From positions 1 through 42,893 of the forward strand of contig JAGVWM010000011.1 in assembly GCA_018304325.1 (NCBI GenBank): a DNA stretch of 42,893 nucleotides, written 5' to 3'. The notes under the pieces are model-generated. The model was not told the origin of the DNA. It did no database searches and saw only the letters and a program-made list of their open reading frames with translations. Positions within the stretch are counted from its first letter, which is position 1. Each line of letters starts with the position of its first letter. Shown in pieces: positions 16,077 through 25,475 of this stretch. The translations under genes and the position numbers were made by a program. This stretch comes from Candidatus Pacearchaeota archaeon (lineage in GTDB: Archaea > Nanobdellota > Nanobdellia > Pacearchaeales > GW2011-AR1).

Positions 16077-16113
16077 TGGAAAGTATTAAAAAGGCTATTT
16101 CTTTGCCTTTTTT

Positions 16114-16587
16114 ATGAAAATAAAAGATACTGATACAGTTGTTGTAGAGTATGAAGGGAAGTTAGAAACTGGGGAGGTATTTGATAGTTCTAGGCATGGA
16201 GATCATGTTCATTATTTAATATTTAAAGTTGGAAGTGGACATGTAATAAAGGGATTTAATGATGCAGTTATTGGCATGAATAAAAATGAAGAAAAAGAAA
16301 TAACTTTGAAAAAAGACGATGCTTATGGTAATTATAAAAAAGAACTTGAAAAAGAAGTACCAAAAAGCCAGTTTCCTGAAGCTGACAAATTAGAAAAAGG
16401 AATTGTTTTAATGCTTGGAACTCCTGATGGAAGACAGTTTCCAGTAAAAGTAATTGATGTTAAGAAAGATAGTTTTGTAATTGACCTAAATCATCCTTTA
16501 GCTGGAAAGACACTTATATTTAGGATAAAAATTGTTGATGTTAACCCAAAAGATGTTTCAAAGTATGAACATCATCATGAGCATTAG
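16114..16587 (+). CDS. FKBP-type peptidyl-prolyl cis-trans isomerase (SlyD-like, with insert-in-flap and His-rich tail)
   Basis: VVVEYEGKLETGEVFDSS........FKVGSGHVIKGFNDAVIGMNKNEEKEITL..DDAYG ... LAGKTLIFRIKIVDV, ending HHHEH. Confidence 0.9.
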   Translation: MKIKDTDTVVVEYEGKLETGEVFDSSRHGDHVHYLIFKVGSGHVIKGFNDAVIGMNKNEEKEITLKKDDAYGNYKKELEKEVPKSQFPEADKLEKGIVLMLGTPDGRQFPVKVIDVKKDSFVIDLNHPLAGKTLIFRIKIVDVNPKDVSKYEHHHEH

Positions 16588-16615
16588 TTTTGTTTAATAG
16601 TATTTACCTTTATTT

Positions 16616-17152
16616 TTAATTAGCACACTCACCATCTATGTAAAAAATGGTTCTTGCTTCTGCACATGCCGAGCATGGATTTGAATAAGTTTCTGGAACC
16701 GGATAGCATGGTGTTTTTATACATTCTACTGTTTTAAATCCACAGACTGGTTTATAGAGAGTTGTACAAGCAGTTACTTTTTTCTGTTTTTCTGTACAAA
16801 GTGTTATGTTATTTCCAATAATTCTACTGTTTACTGCTTCACAACCACAACCAGTTTTATCACTGAATTTTTCATAACCTAAAGCACAATCTATCTGAAC
16901 TCTGGAACATTCTGAAACACTATAACTTTCATAATTTCTTAAAATAGATTTATTTTCGTTGGGAGATGATTGTACTGGAGTTAGAAGGTGGGCTGAGTTT
17001 AAAACAATTATTCCTAAAATAAATAAAATAATTAATCCAATTATTGTCCATAACTGAATAGTTTCTTCACTTGGAACTTTCGGTCTTATATTTTTTATGT
17101 TTTTCAGTTTCTCAATGTTTCTGTGCAAAGGCATAAAAAATATAAGGGCCAC
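16616..17152 (-). CDS. Secreted Cys-rich protein with Kazal-like C-terminal module
   Basis: Signal anchor TIIGLIILFILGIIVLN. The C-terminus CTTLYKPVCG...ETYSNPCSACAEARTIFYIDGEC resembles the Kazal core (Y-x-PVCG...TY-x-N-x-C...C...C). Confidence 0.55.
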   Translation of the reverse strand: MALIFFMPLHRNIEKLKNIKNIRPKVPSEETIQLWTIIGLIILFILGIIVLNSAHLLTPVQSSPNENKSILRNYESYSVSECSRVQIDCALGYEKFSDKTGCGCEAVNSRIIGNNITLCTEKQKKVTACTTLYKPVCGFKTVECIKTPCYPVPETYSNPCSACAEARTIFYIDGECAN

Positions 17153-17475
17153 TAGTATTTAAATTAAATTATTACTTCTAACAAGATTGAAGAAAGTTTA
17201 AATACAATGTGTTTCAGTGTAAAAGATGGAAGTTAGAGCATATTGTAAAATGGTTTGAAATTGCAGAAGTAAGAGTTAAAGGAAGGGTAGTTTAGCAGAT
17301 CATGTTCAGCATCGTTTAGGTGTTAGAGCTATGGAATATTATAAAATTCATGGTGTATCAAAATTAGACGTTGCTCAAGCTAGAGCTCATGTAGAAAGAA
17401 TCGTTGTACAAGTTTTACCTGAAGAAAATGCCCAGACAGTTGATGAATATCTTTACACTATAAGAGAAAAATAAA

Positions 17476-17700
17476 ATGAATTCTGAAAGAAATAAAAATC
17501 CTAGAAATCCTCAAAACAATTTAGGTTTAGGTGAAAGGTTTAGAGATTATTGTTCAAATTATCAGCCTATATGTTTTAATTATATGGCAACATTTGTTTC
17601 TTCTGCATCAACAGTAGTAGCTATATCTCATTATATTGATGGAAATACAAGTGATGCAACATTTTCTTTATTTTTAGGTGGATTGTTTGGAATTTTATAA
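17476..17700 (+). CDS. Hypothetical small protein (hydrophobic C-terminus)
   Basis: 74-aa ORF with no recognisable motif. Confidence 0.35.
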   Translation: MNSERNKNPRNPQNNLGLGERFRDYCSNYQPICFNYMATFVSSASTVVAISHYIDGNTSDATFSLFLGGLFGIL

Positions 17701-17780
17701 TTTATGAAACCTTATAATACTAAAAATGGAAATGGTGAAGATTAACAAAGATTTAAAAATTCTTTAGAACTTAAATATAA

Positions 17781-18593
17781 ATGAAAGATGGTGTAAAGGT
17801 ATTATGGGTTATTGCGATCCTTAGTATATTACTTATTGCTTTAATTTACATATCTATACAGACAAATATTTCTGTTCTATCTGGAAAAATAACTGGAAAT
17901 TTTATTTTGGGAAATGCTGCCAGCTGCACAGATACTGACGGTGGAAAAAATGTTAATACTTATGGTGTGGTTACTCTTATTTCTAATGGGCAAACTAAAA
18001 TAAAGGGTGATTCATGTCTTGCAAGTATAAATCCAAAACTGCTTCAGGAAACATATTGTTATAAACCTCCATTCAGCAGAAGGATTTTAATTGGTGCTTT
18101 AAATTATAACTGCCCTTATGCATGTTCAAATGGTACTTGTATCAAAATAGGTCCTACAAATAATACTAATTCTTCTGGAAAAGCAGAGTATGTTATTTCA
18201 GGTGCAAGTGTTTCATCAGATTATACTAACACTGGAAAAACAACTATTAAACTTAAAATAAAAGATAAACAAGGATTTGGATCAAATGGAAATATACTTG
18301 TTTATGATCCATCTTATAAATTTTCTAGAGATAATGTTTCTATTTCTCTTTCCTCAAGCTTAGAGTCAGAAGCAAACTTTGTAGTTACAGGAAATCCTTG
18401 TCCTGGAATTGCATTTAAGATGCTATTAAATGATACAAAAACAGGCAATAGAGAAGTAAGTTATGCAGAGCCTTATGATGTATTTACTGTAAATGTTTTC
18501 TGTGCTCTTCGTAATAGTCAAAGCAGATGTTCAAGCATAAAAATTCAGGGAGAATATAGTCAATTACCAGTAATTAATCAGCCTTATTGTTAA
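17781..18593 (+). CDS. Secreted Cys-rich protein (N-terminal signal anchor, CTDTDGG...C...ETYC...C..C..GTC module)
   Basis: 270 aa. The CxDxDGG...DxC...L.E.YC....C...C.NG.C module is recurrent in secreted proteins of small-genome archaea and bacteria (recollection, not searched). Confidence 0.6.
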   Translation: MKDGVKVLWVIAILSILLIALIYISIQTNISVLSGKITGNFILGNAASCTDTDGGKNVNTYGVVTLISNGQTKIKGDSCLASINPKLLQETYCYKPPFSRRILIGALNYNCPYACSNGTCIKIGPTNNTNSSGKAEYVISGASVSSDYTNTGKTTIKLKIKDKQGFGSNGNILVYDPSYKFSRDNVSISLSSSLESEANFVVTGNPCPGIAFKMLLNDTKTGNREVSYAEPYDVFTVNVFCALRNSQSRCSSIKIQGEYSQLPVINQPYC

Positions 18594-18830
18594 ATTTATC
18601 TTTTAAATAACGGTCTTTCAGTATTCTTTTCTCTTCAAGTACCTTTGCAAGTACTAATTTCTCCATTTCTTTTCTCATTTCTTCTTTGTCCATTTTAGTA
18701 ATATTAACTCTTTGAGTATTTCAATAAGACGTCTTAAATTTGATTAGTTATCAATTAAAAAGAACTTCTATTAATTTATAGAGTCATCTCAAGTATATAT
18801 ATGCTTGTATTTTAAGAAAAATTAAAATAA

Positions 18831-19454
18831 TTATTTTTTACTAATATCATTAATTATTGAATTAATTCTCTTTTTTCTTGTTTCTGGAAGCTTTGCTCTA
18901 TAAAGCCATCTTAAGTAAGTTCTTCTTGAAGAGGGAGTAATTTTTTCAAATCTTTCCTTAAGTTTTAATCTTTCAAGCTCTTTTTTCAAATCATTTGGAA
19001 CATCTGGATTTTTAGGAATTCCATGATCATGTGTTGGCTTGTCTAAACCTTCCTTGTATCTTTGGATTCCTAATGGAGACATTTTACCTTCTTTCAATAA
19101 TTGCTTTCCATACTTCAATGTATTATCACTCCATTTGCTTTTATCTGTTCTTTTTGCAAATCTTATTGTGTATTTTCCATCGTCTAATCTTTTGATTGTT
19201 GTATCAATCCATCCAAAACATATGGCCTCATGCATTAGCTCTTGATGAGAAGGAGAATTTTTTCCTGTGTGTTTTTTATACCTAATAACAGCAATTCTAC
19301 TTTCTTTAAGATGATTTTTCTCAAGCCACTTTCTCCATGCTTGTCTTGTTGGAGGGTAGAATTGCTTTTCTTGTTTATCTTGGGTCATAAATAGAGGAAT
19401 GGGAGTGGGTATAAAAATTTGAGTGAGGAAATGGTTAGGAAAATCTATAATCAT
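18831..19454 (-). CDS. YdeI/OmpD-associated (OmdA) family protein
   Basis: FYPPTRQAWRKWLEKNH..ESRIAVIRYKK.TGK.S.SHQELMHEAICFGWIDT..KRLDD.KY.IRFAKR...SKWS..N and a C-terminal PSSRRTYLRWLYRAKLPETRKKRI. The start may be the internal Met (MTQDKQ, about 19388) rather than the ATGA-coupled 19454. Confidence 0.75.
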   Translation of the reverse strand: MIIDFPNHFLTQIFIPTPIPLFMTQDKQEKQFYPPTRQAWRKWLEKNHLKESRIAVIRYKKHTGKNSPSHQELMHEAICFGWIDTTIKRLDDGKYTIRFAKRTDKSKWSDNTLKYGKQLLKEGKMSPLGIQRYKEGLDKPTHDHGIPKNPDVPNDLKKELERLKLKERFEKITPSSRRTYLRWLYRAKLPETRKKRINSIINDISKK

Positions 19455-19966
19455 ATTTTAGAACAATCTAGGTAAAATCTATTCCAGTCATTTAGAGGAT
19501 TTGAAGAAAATACATTAAAATGTAATGTAACTAAAATTATTATTAATGATAATATAATAATAGAAACTAACAAGTAAAATAATATAGAATTTTGTTTATT
19601 ATTTTTAATTAACAAAATAACCATAATAAAAGAAATAATTAGTATTGGTATAAAAAGGAATAGCTCATATTTTACTCCTGCATGAGTTATCTTAACTTTG
19701 TCTTCTTTAGTTAAAATATTAAACTTGTTACAGTCTTCTTCTGAAAAAGGTACTGCTTGACCTCTCCCGAATTTTAAAACAGATAATGGCTCGTTAAGTA
19801 TAAACACTTCCATAGTTAAAGAAATATTTTGTTTTTTGGCTTCTGTTATATGACCAGTTTCATGAACATAATTTGAAAGTATTTTCACAGGTAAAAGTAG
19901 TATAATTGCAAATAATAAAAGGGTTAATACTATAAATAAAACTGATGAATAATTGTTCTTTTTCAT
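19451..19966 (-). CDS. Membrane protein with HExxH motif (possible intramembrane/zinc metalloprotease-like)
   Basis: 171 aa and about 4 TM helices. YVHETGHITEA contains H-E-x-x-H directly after TM1. The call is tentative. Confidence 0.55.
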   Translation of the reverse strand: MKKNNYSSVLFIVLTLLLFAIILLLPVKILSNYVHETGHITEAKKQNISLTMEVFILNEPLSVLKFGRGQAVPFSEEDCNKFNILTKEDKVKITHAGVKYELFLFIPILIISFIMVILLIKNNKQNSILFYLLVSIIILSLIIILVTLHFNVFSSNPLNDWNRFYLDCSKI

Positions 19967-19972
19967 TTTGGT

Positions 19973-20107
19973 TTATTCTTTATAAAACTCCTCAAAATCA
20001 AAGCACTTGCTATGAAAATAAATGTTCTCATCACTATCACCTTCAATTACAAATTTATCAAAGTCATCTTTTATTATTTTTCCACATTTTTCACATATTT
20101 CAGCCAT
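19973..20107 (-). CDS. Possible 44-aa protein (MAEICEKCGKIIKDDFDKFVIEGDSDENIYFHSKCFDFEEFYKE), absent from the ORF track
   Basis: My translation of the minus strand gives CxxC plus H..C spacing, like a small zinc-binding protein. It lies directly upstream of, and co-oriented with, 19451-19966. Confidence 0.3.
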   Translation of the reverse strand: MAEICEKCGKIIKDDFDKFVIEGDSDENIYFHSKCFDFEEFYKE

Positions 20108-20553
20108 AAAAACCAAAAAGAATAGGATTATTTAGGTTTTTTGGTTGTTAGAGCTGATGAAGAAAAAAGGGCTGAAAATAAAAGCCCAAAATAAATTTTC
20201 ATCGTCGACCGCCTATAACTACTTGGCTAACTGTAACTACAGCTACTGCAGTTAAACAACCAGCAAGAGCTGCTTCAATGCCATAAGTGTGATGAGCTGT
20301 ACGACGAAAATGATGGATATATAGCCAATCGTAACATTATAGGATTTGGAATAATGGGTTCATCTATGGTTTTTATTTGTAAAAATTGCATGAGTGAAAA
20401 AGGAAGAAAAATAATTGAAAAGGTAAAACATGAAAAAGATAATAAAAAATAACTTCTTTTACCCACCACACTACCCTAATTTTACCTCTTTTACACACTA
20501 CTCCTACTATGTTAAAAGATGTTAGCAATGATTGAAAGTTGTTGCATGTGAAA

Positions 20554-21021
20554 TTAAAGGGTTCTGAACTCTAATCTTGGATCATCTGGGATATTATGAC
20601 CTTTTTCCCTTAATATATTAATCATTTCTTGTCGATATCTAAAATCGTGCAGCATTTTATGATGATTTGGGCATAATCCTATAAGATTATCTTCTGAATT
20701 ATTCTTATGATTACTATCTAGATGATGTAAATCAACTACTTTATCAAAATCACAAATTTTACACTTGCTTGTTATTCTATTATAATCTTCCATTTTTAGA
20801 CCATAATTCCTCATTTGAGTCCAAGCTTTGTTTCTTTGAAGATGAAATGTAAATTGGTAACAGCCCGCACATAAATCTTTTGCATGAATAGGCATTACTC
20901 TTTTACACCTTTTACATTCTTTTTCTTTAGGCTTCCAATGAATCTTTTTATAACAAGTAGTGCACATCCCTTTTGCATGTTTAATACACTCTTTACCACA
21001 ATTAGAACATTTATCACCCAT
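20554..21021 (-). CDS. HNH endonuclease with duplicated N-terminal zinc ribbons
   Basis: CSNCGKECIKHAKGMCTTCY and CKRCKRVMPIHAKDLCAGCY (repeated C..C....HAK..C..CY). C-terminal CKICDF...VDLHHLDSNHKNNSEDNLIGLCPNHHKMLH (H-N-H core). Confidence 0.8.
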   Translation of the reverse strand: MGDKCSNCGKECIKHAKGMCTTCYKKIHWKPKEKECKRCKRVMPIHAKDLCAGCYQFTFHLQRNKAWTQMRNYGLKMEDYNRITSKCKICDFDKVVDLHHLDSNHKNNSEDNLIGLCPNHHKMLHDFRYRQEMINILREKGHNIPDDPRLEFRTL

Positions 21022-21650
21022 TATTATATTTAATTCGTTCGTATATTTAAATTTGTGTTCGAACTTTGTAATAGTTACGTTCGTTTTGTTAAAAAGCGAA
21101 CTACCCCCATTATATCTTGTACGAATGTTTAGGGTATTTATTCGGTTTTAGAGGTGCTCTATAGAACAATTTCATAGATGTAGGAAGTTTTAAGCGTTGA
21201 TTAAATGTTTTATTGAATTCTTAATAGTTTAAGAGCATCTTCACAAGTTGCTTTTGTTTTAATTATAAGATCTCTATCTTTAGGTCTATCAGGACGAGCA
21301 TAGAATTTTTATTAAAAAGGATGTGATATTTAAACATTTGTGAAGTGTTTATATGGTTTTTACACATGCTAAAAGTTTCTGTCTTTGATTAAAAGTTTTA
21401 GCTAATAATTAATTAGTAGAATAAGTAGATTTTGGATAATAATTCTCTAAAGTGTAATTCTCTAATAGGTCTTTCAATAGATGTATTTTCTGGATGACTA
21501 CGGAATGGTCTAAGAATAAATCTTTTTGGGGGTCTTCATCATCCACATGTCTAGCTGTTTTTAATATATAACTTTAAGAAAAAGGTGATTTTTGAAACTA
21601 TCTAAGTAATTAAAATAAATTCTAAAATAAATAAGTTAGTTCTCACTAAA

Positions 21651-21833
21651 CTATCTTTTTTTCATTAATTTATAGTTTCTTGCTAGTTTGGTTAATCCTA
21701 TCACTAAGACGCCAATTGCTATTAGCCAGCCAAGGATTCCATCAGTAACTGTACCTAACTGATCAACTCCTATTAAGGGTAGCAATAGCAATACACCTAA
21801 GATAGTTACAACCCATGCAGTTAGTTTTGCCAT
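21651..21833 (-). CDS. Small 2-TM membrane protein
   Basis: 60 aa, MAKLTAWVVTILGVLLLLPLIG....GWLIAIGVLVIGLTKLARNYKLMKKR. An AAAAGAGGAAAA run precedes the ATG. Confidence 0.5.
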   Translation of the reverse strand: MAKLTAWVVTILGVLLLLPLIGVDQLGTVTDGILGWLIAIGVLVIGLTKLARNYKLMKKR

Positions 21834-22338
21834 TTTTCCTCTTTTTTGTTTTACTTCTTTTTTGCTTTTTTGAACTAATTGGCAAGTCAGCTCGATAATC
21901 TTAAACTACTAATACAAAGGTAGTTTTGAACTGATCAGGTAAATTAGGATGTTCACCTAATTTAATTTCCTTCTTTTTTATGTTAGATATATTATGTGTT
22001 TATGTTATTTAAATCTTTCTCGTATTTATTGTGCGAACTTTTAAAATAAGGTAAATTAATTATTACATAAGTAGCTATCTGGGAAATATCCTCGTGAAAA
22101 TGCACTTCCTGGATCTGCAACTTCTGGACATATTCTTGAAATACTTGTGATAGAAGCTCTATCTCTTTCAAAATCCTCTCTTGACCTATGAAAATGGTAG
22201 GTAAAACTCTCAGTAAAATCAGGTGAAAAATTGTGGAGAGATTTATTCTAAAGGGTAATTTGGGGTTAAAAGAGTCTTCAAGTTTAACCCAAAAAAAGCT
22301 CGCCTATCTCAGGATAGATGTGAATTCGGGCCATTATA

Positions 22339-22482
22339 GTGTTTAAACAGCTGTTTTATTTAAATATTATTATGCTTTAATTTATCGTCGCTATCTTGGT
22401 GTTTAAGGTGTTTTAAACAGCTGTTTATCTGTTTTTTTATGGTGTTTAAAATTTTATTTTAGAAAAATATGGGTGTTTAAGG
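22339..22482. promoter_or_regulatory. Iteron/operator-like array: 5 copies of (G)GTGTTTAA and 2 copies of the palindrome AAACAGCTGTTT
   Basis: (G)GTGTTTAA-type words start at 22339, 22398, 22407 (one extra T), 22441 and 22472. AAACAGCTGTTT is at 22345-22356 and 22415-22426. All lie within 230 nt upstream of the ATG at 22567. Confidence 0.6.
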
Positions 22483-22566
22483 TGGTATTTTTATGTGTCG
22501 AATTATGTGTCTAAACGAAATATTTAAATAGTATATTTCGTCTATAAATGTTAATTGAAAGTGAAA

Positions 22567-23208
22567 ATGTTAAGCTGGTTTTTTAAAAAGTCTGATAAAA
22601 AGGATATAGAACAGATAAAAGATGAAGTCAAGGGTTCTTTTTCTAATGTTAAAAATGATATTGATAAACTTGGGCAGTGGGTTAATCATTTAAACAATCA
22701 AGATAATACCTTAAACAACCAAGTAAATGATCTTAAACAAGATATATCGTCCATTAAAGATGAAATAGAACAGATAAAAGATGTTTTAGAAATGGTTAAT
22801 GAAGGTGTTTCAAAACAGCTGTTTAAAACACCTCATGCTGTTCAGATTAAACAAACAGCTGTTTTACCTGTCCAAACAGCTGTCCAAACAGCTGTCCAAA
22901 CAGGTAATTTTTATGGTATTTCTAACTTATCAGTAACTGAAAGGGCTATTATATGGTTGTTAGTTAATAATGATTTAAAATTAAGTTATGAAGATTTAGC
23001 TGCAATGTTAGGTAAAACAAAATCAACTATAAGAGGACAAATAAATAGTATAAAACAGAAAAGTGAGGGTGTAATAGAAGAATATACAGAGAAAAATGGG
23101 AAAAAGAGAGTATATATTCCTGAAGAAACTAAGGAAAAACTACTCAAAAAGGCGAAAGTGAGAGTTCAAATAGACAAAAAAGGTTCAAAAAGAGGTAAAA
23201 TTGAGTGA
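22567..23208 (+). CDS. Coiled-coil protein with C-terminal helix-turn-helix domain
   Basis: N-terminal heptad-like DIEQIKDEV...DISSIKDEIEQIKDVL. Linker VQTAVQTAVQT encoded by tandem 12-mers. C-terminal LSVTERAIIWLLVNNDLKLSYEDLAAMLGKTKSTIRGQINSIKQK (LuxR/HTH_10-like). The ATG at 22567 is preferred to the TTG at 22555. Confidence 0.65.
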   Translation: MLSWFFKKSDKKDIEQIKDEVKGSFSNVKNDIDKLGQWVNHLNNQDNTLNNQVNDLKQDISSIKDEIEQIKDVLEMVNEGVSKQLFKTPHAVQIKQTAVLPVQTAVQTAVQTGNFYGISNLSVTERAIIWLLVNNDLKLSYEDLAAMLGKTKSTIRGQINSIKQKSEGVIEEYTEKNGKKRVYIPEETKEKLLKKAKVRVQIDKKGSKRGKIE

Positions 23209-23477
23209 AATAGCTTTCAAAAACTGGAAAGTGAGAGTTCAAACTAATTAAATATTATCTTAAAACAAATAAAAGAGGTAAAGTGAGTTATAGGGAACAT
23301 ATTTAACCTAAATTAGGGTAAAGTGAGGGAAAAATTAGTGGGTAAAAACAAGAGGAATGTAGGAAAGGGAGGTTTTAAATAAAAAAGTAGTGGGTAAAGA
23401 AATAATTGGGGAAAAATATAGAGAAAAATAGGGAAAATTAAAGTAAAAGAAGAGTATAGTTATTCGTTTAACCGGAG

Positions 23478-24203
<726 letters not shown>

Positions 24204-24234
24204 AAAAAGAGAAAATTGTTGAATTATATAAAGA

Positions 24235-24573
24235 TTATTCTTGTAAGATGTCTTCTTTATTTATAGGTCCATCTTTTAAGTTGTTTAAGTTGTTCAAATT
24301 ATTAGAGAGATTATTGGAATAAGCTGAGTAAGCTTTGTTAGTGAGTCTCCAACGTGCACGCCTAGAATATTGTAGGCCTTTTGGATTCTTATTTATAAGT
24401 GTAATAAGCTCTTTTGTTTTAAGATCATCTAATATTTTCTTAATGAATTCTTCATCTCTTGCTATCTCTTGAGCTATATGGGCTGTGAAAATTGGTTCAG
24501 GATATTTATCTAGAAGAACTGATAAAACATGTTCAGATATTTTTTCTTTCTTTATATCAGAAATTTTTGGCAT
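24235..24573 (-). CDS. Small winged-helix DNA-binding protein
   Basis: 112 aa. HVLSVLLDKYPEPIFTAHIAQEIARDEEFIKKILDDLKTKELITLINKNPKG..YSRRARWRLT has a wHTH pattern (recognition helix plus wing). Confidence 0.6.
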   Translation of the reverse strand: MPKISDIKKEKISEHVLSVLLDKYPEPIFTAHIAQEIARDEEFIKKILDDLKTKELITLINKNPKGLQYSRRARWRLTNKAYSAYSNNLSNNLNNLNNLKDGPINKEDILQE

Positions 24574-24627
24574 AACTAGACTAAAAAAGAGTGATTTTTA
24601 TAGGTTTTGGAAATGAGAATTCTTAAA

Positions 24628-25056
24628 TTATTTGCTTTTTTTGTCTTTTAAATCACTGGGTTTGTGAAAATTAGCTTGTGGTGGTCTAATATGGAAAGGC
24701 AATCCAAGTCTTTCTTCAAGATGTAATGACTCTATATAAGTTTTAGAGAGTACAAAATCTAATATTAATTTCTTTAATTGATCATCAATATTATTCTTAT
24801 CTTTTTCAACTTCTTTTGCTTTATCTTCTTCTAATTCAACATAAACACTTCCTTCAAAAACTAAAGAAGCTACGTCGTCGTAATCTATTAAATATATAAA
24901 GTTAAAATTATAAACAGGGTTAACACTTAACTTAGATATTTTAACATCTTTTTCAATTTCTTTAAGAGTAAAATTAGATTTTAATTCTATTGTTTTTGTA
25001 TCTTCTTTTAATTTCTCAGCAGAAATTTTCTTAAATCTTATACCTATAACTTTCAT
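24628..25056 (-). CDS. Hypothetical protein (weak SecB-like pattern, speculative)
   Basis: 142 aa. A beta-rich N-terminal half, an acidic helix, and C-terminal LGLPFHIRPPQANF reminiscent of the SecB C-terminal region. No confident family. Confidence 0.55.
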   Translation of the reverse strand: MKVIGIRFKKISAEKLKEDTKTIELKSNFTLKEIEKDVKISKLSVNPVYNFNFIYLIDYDDVASLVFEGSVYVELEEDKAKEVEKDKNNIDDQLKKLILDFVLSKTYIESLHLEERLGLPFHIRPPQANFHKPSDLKDKKSK

Positions 25057-25103
25057 TTTATTAATAAAAATTTGAATATTTTTAAATATATGTGAAATAT
25101 AAT

Positions 25104-25361
25104 TTAACTAAAATCTTCTTCAGAAACCACTACAAAATCACCTATAGCCATAATTGTATTATGTGGTACTAGAACTTCTCCTTGAGGAGATCTTTCTAAA
25201 TTCAAATTATGAGTATATGATGTAGGATTTCTAATAACTAATTGGATTAGCTCTCCAGAACGAACTTCAAAAGTTATATCATTAATAGTTCCAATCTGTT
25301 TACCTTCTTTTGTAACAACCATTTTACCTAAGAGGTCTCTTAAAGGTCTTTTATCACTCAT
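25104..25361 (-). CDS. PRC-barrel domain protein
   Basis: LLGKMVVTKEGKQIGTINDITFEVRSGELIQLVI.....GEVLVPHNTIMAIGDFVVVSEEDF. The ORF track extends to 25475, but that adds a low-complexity hydrophobic N-terminus running into the AT-rich origin region, so MSDKRPL at 25361 is preferred. Confidence 0.72.
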   Translation of the reverse strand: MSDKRPLRDLLGKMVVTKEGKQIGTINDITFEVRSGELIQLVIRNPTSYTHNLNLERSPQGEVLVPHNTIMAIGDFVVVSEEDFS

Positions 25362-25475
25362 TTTAGTCTTTTTTAATTTATCTTTATTTAAAAAATAGTT
25401 TGTATTTAAACTTTTCTGTGATGTAATTAGTATCATCGAATAGATTAATAAAATAAAAATTATAAATTTAATCAT

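Noticed and set aside
17226-17475. Protein-like fragments lie between the Kazal-like gene and 17476. One frame is open from 17280 (..SLADHVQHRLGVRAMEYYKIHGVSKLDVAQARAHVERIVVQVLPEENAQTVDEYLYTIREK*), with an ATG only at 17331. Short out-of-frame pieces lie upstream.
   Set aside because: It could be a 47-aa gene or a decayed relic. No motif was recognised, and the upstream pieces are in different frames. There is too little evidence to annotate it as a CDS.
18584-18703. A 39-aa minus-strand ORF (MDKEEMRKEMEKLVLAKVLEEKRILKDRYLKDKFNNKAD*) overlaps the 3' end of 17781-18593. A 36-aa TM ORF at about 40639-40749 (-) overlaps the tyrS 3' end.
   Set aside because: Both are very short and lack motifs. 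Each overlaps the end of a convergent gene. They cannot be distinguished from chance ORFs without expression or conservation data.
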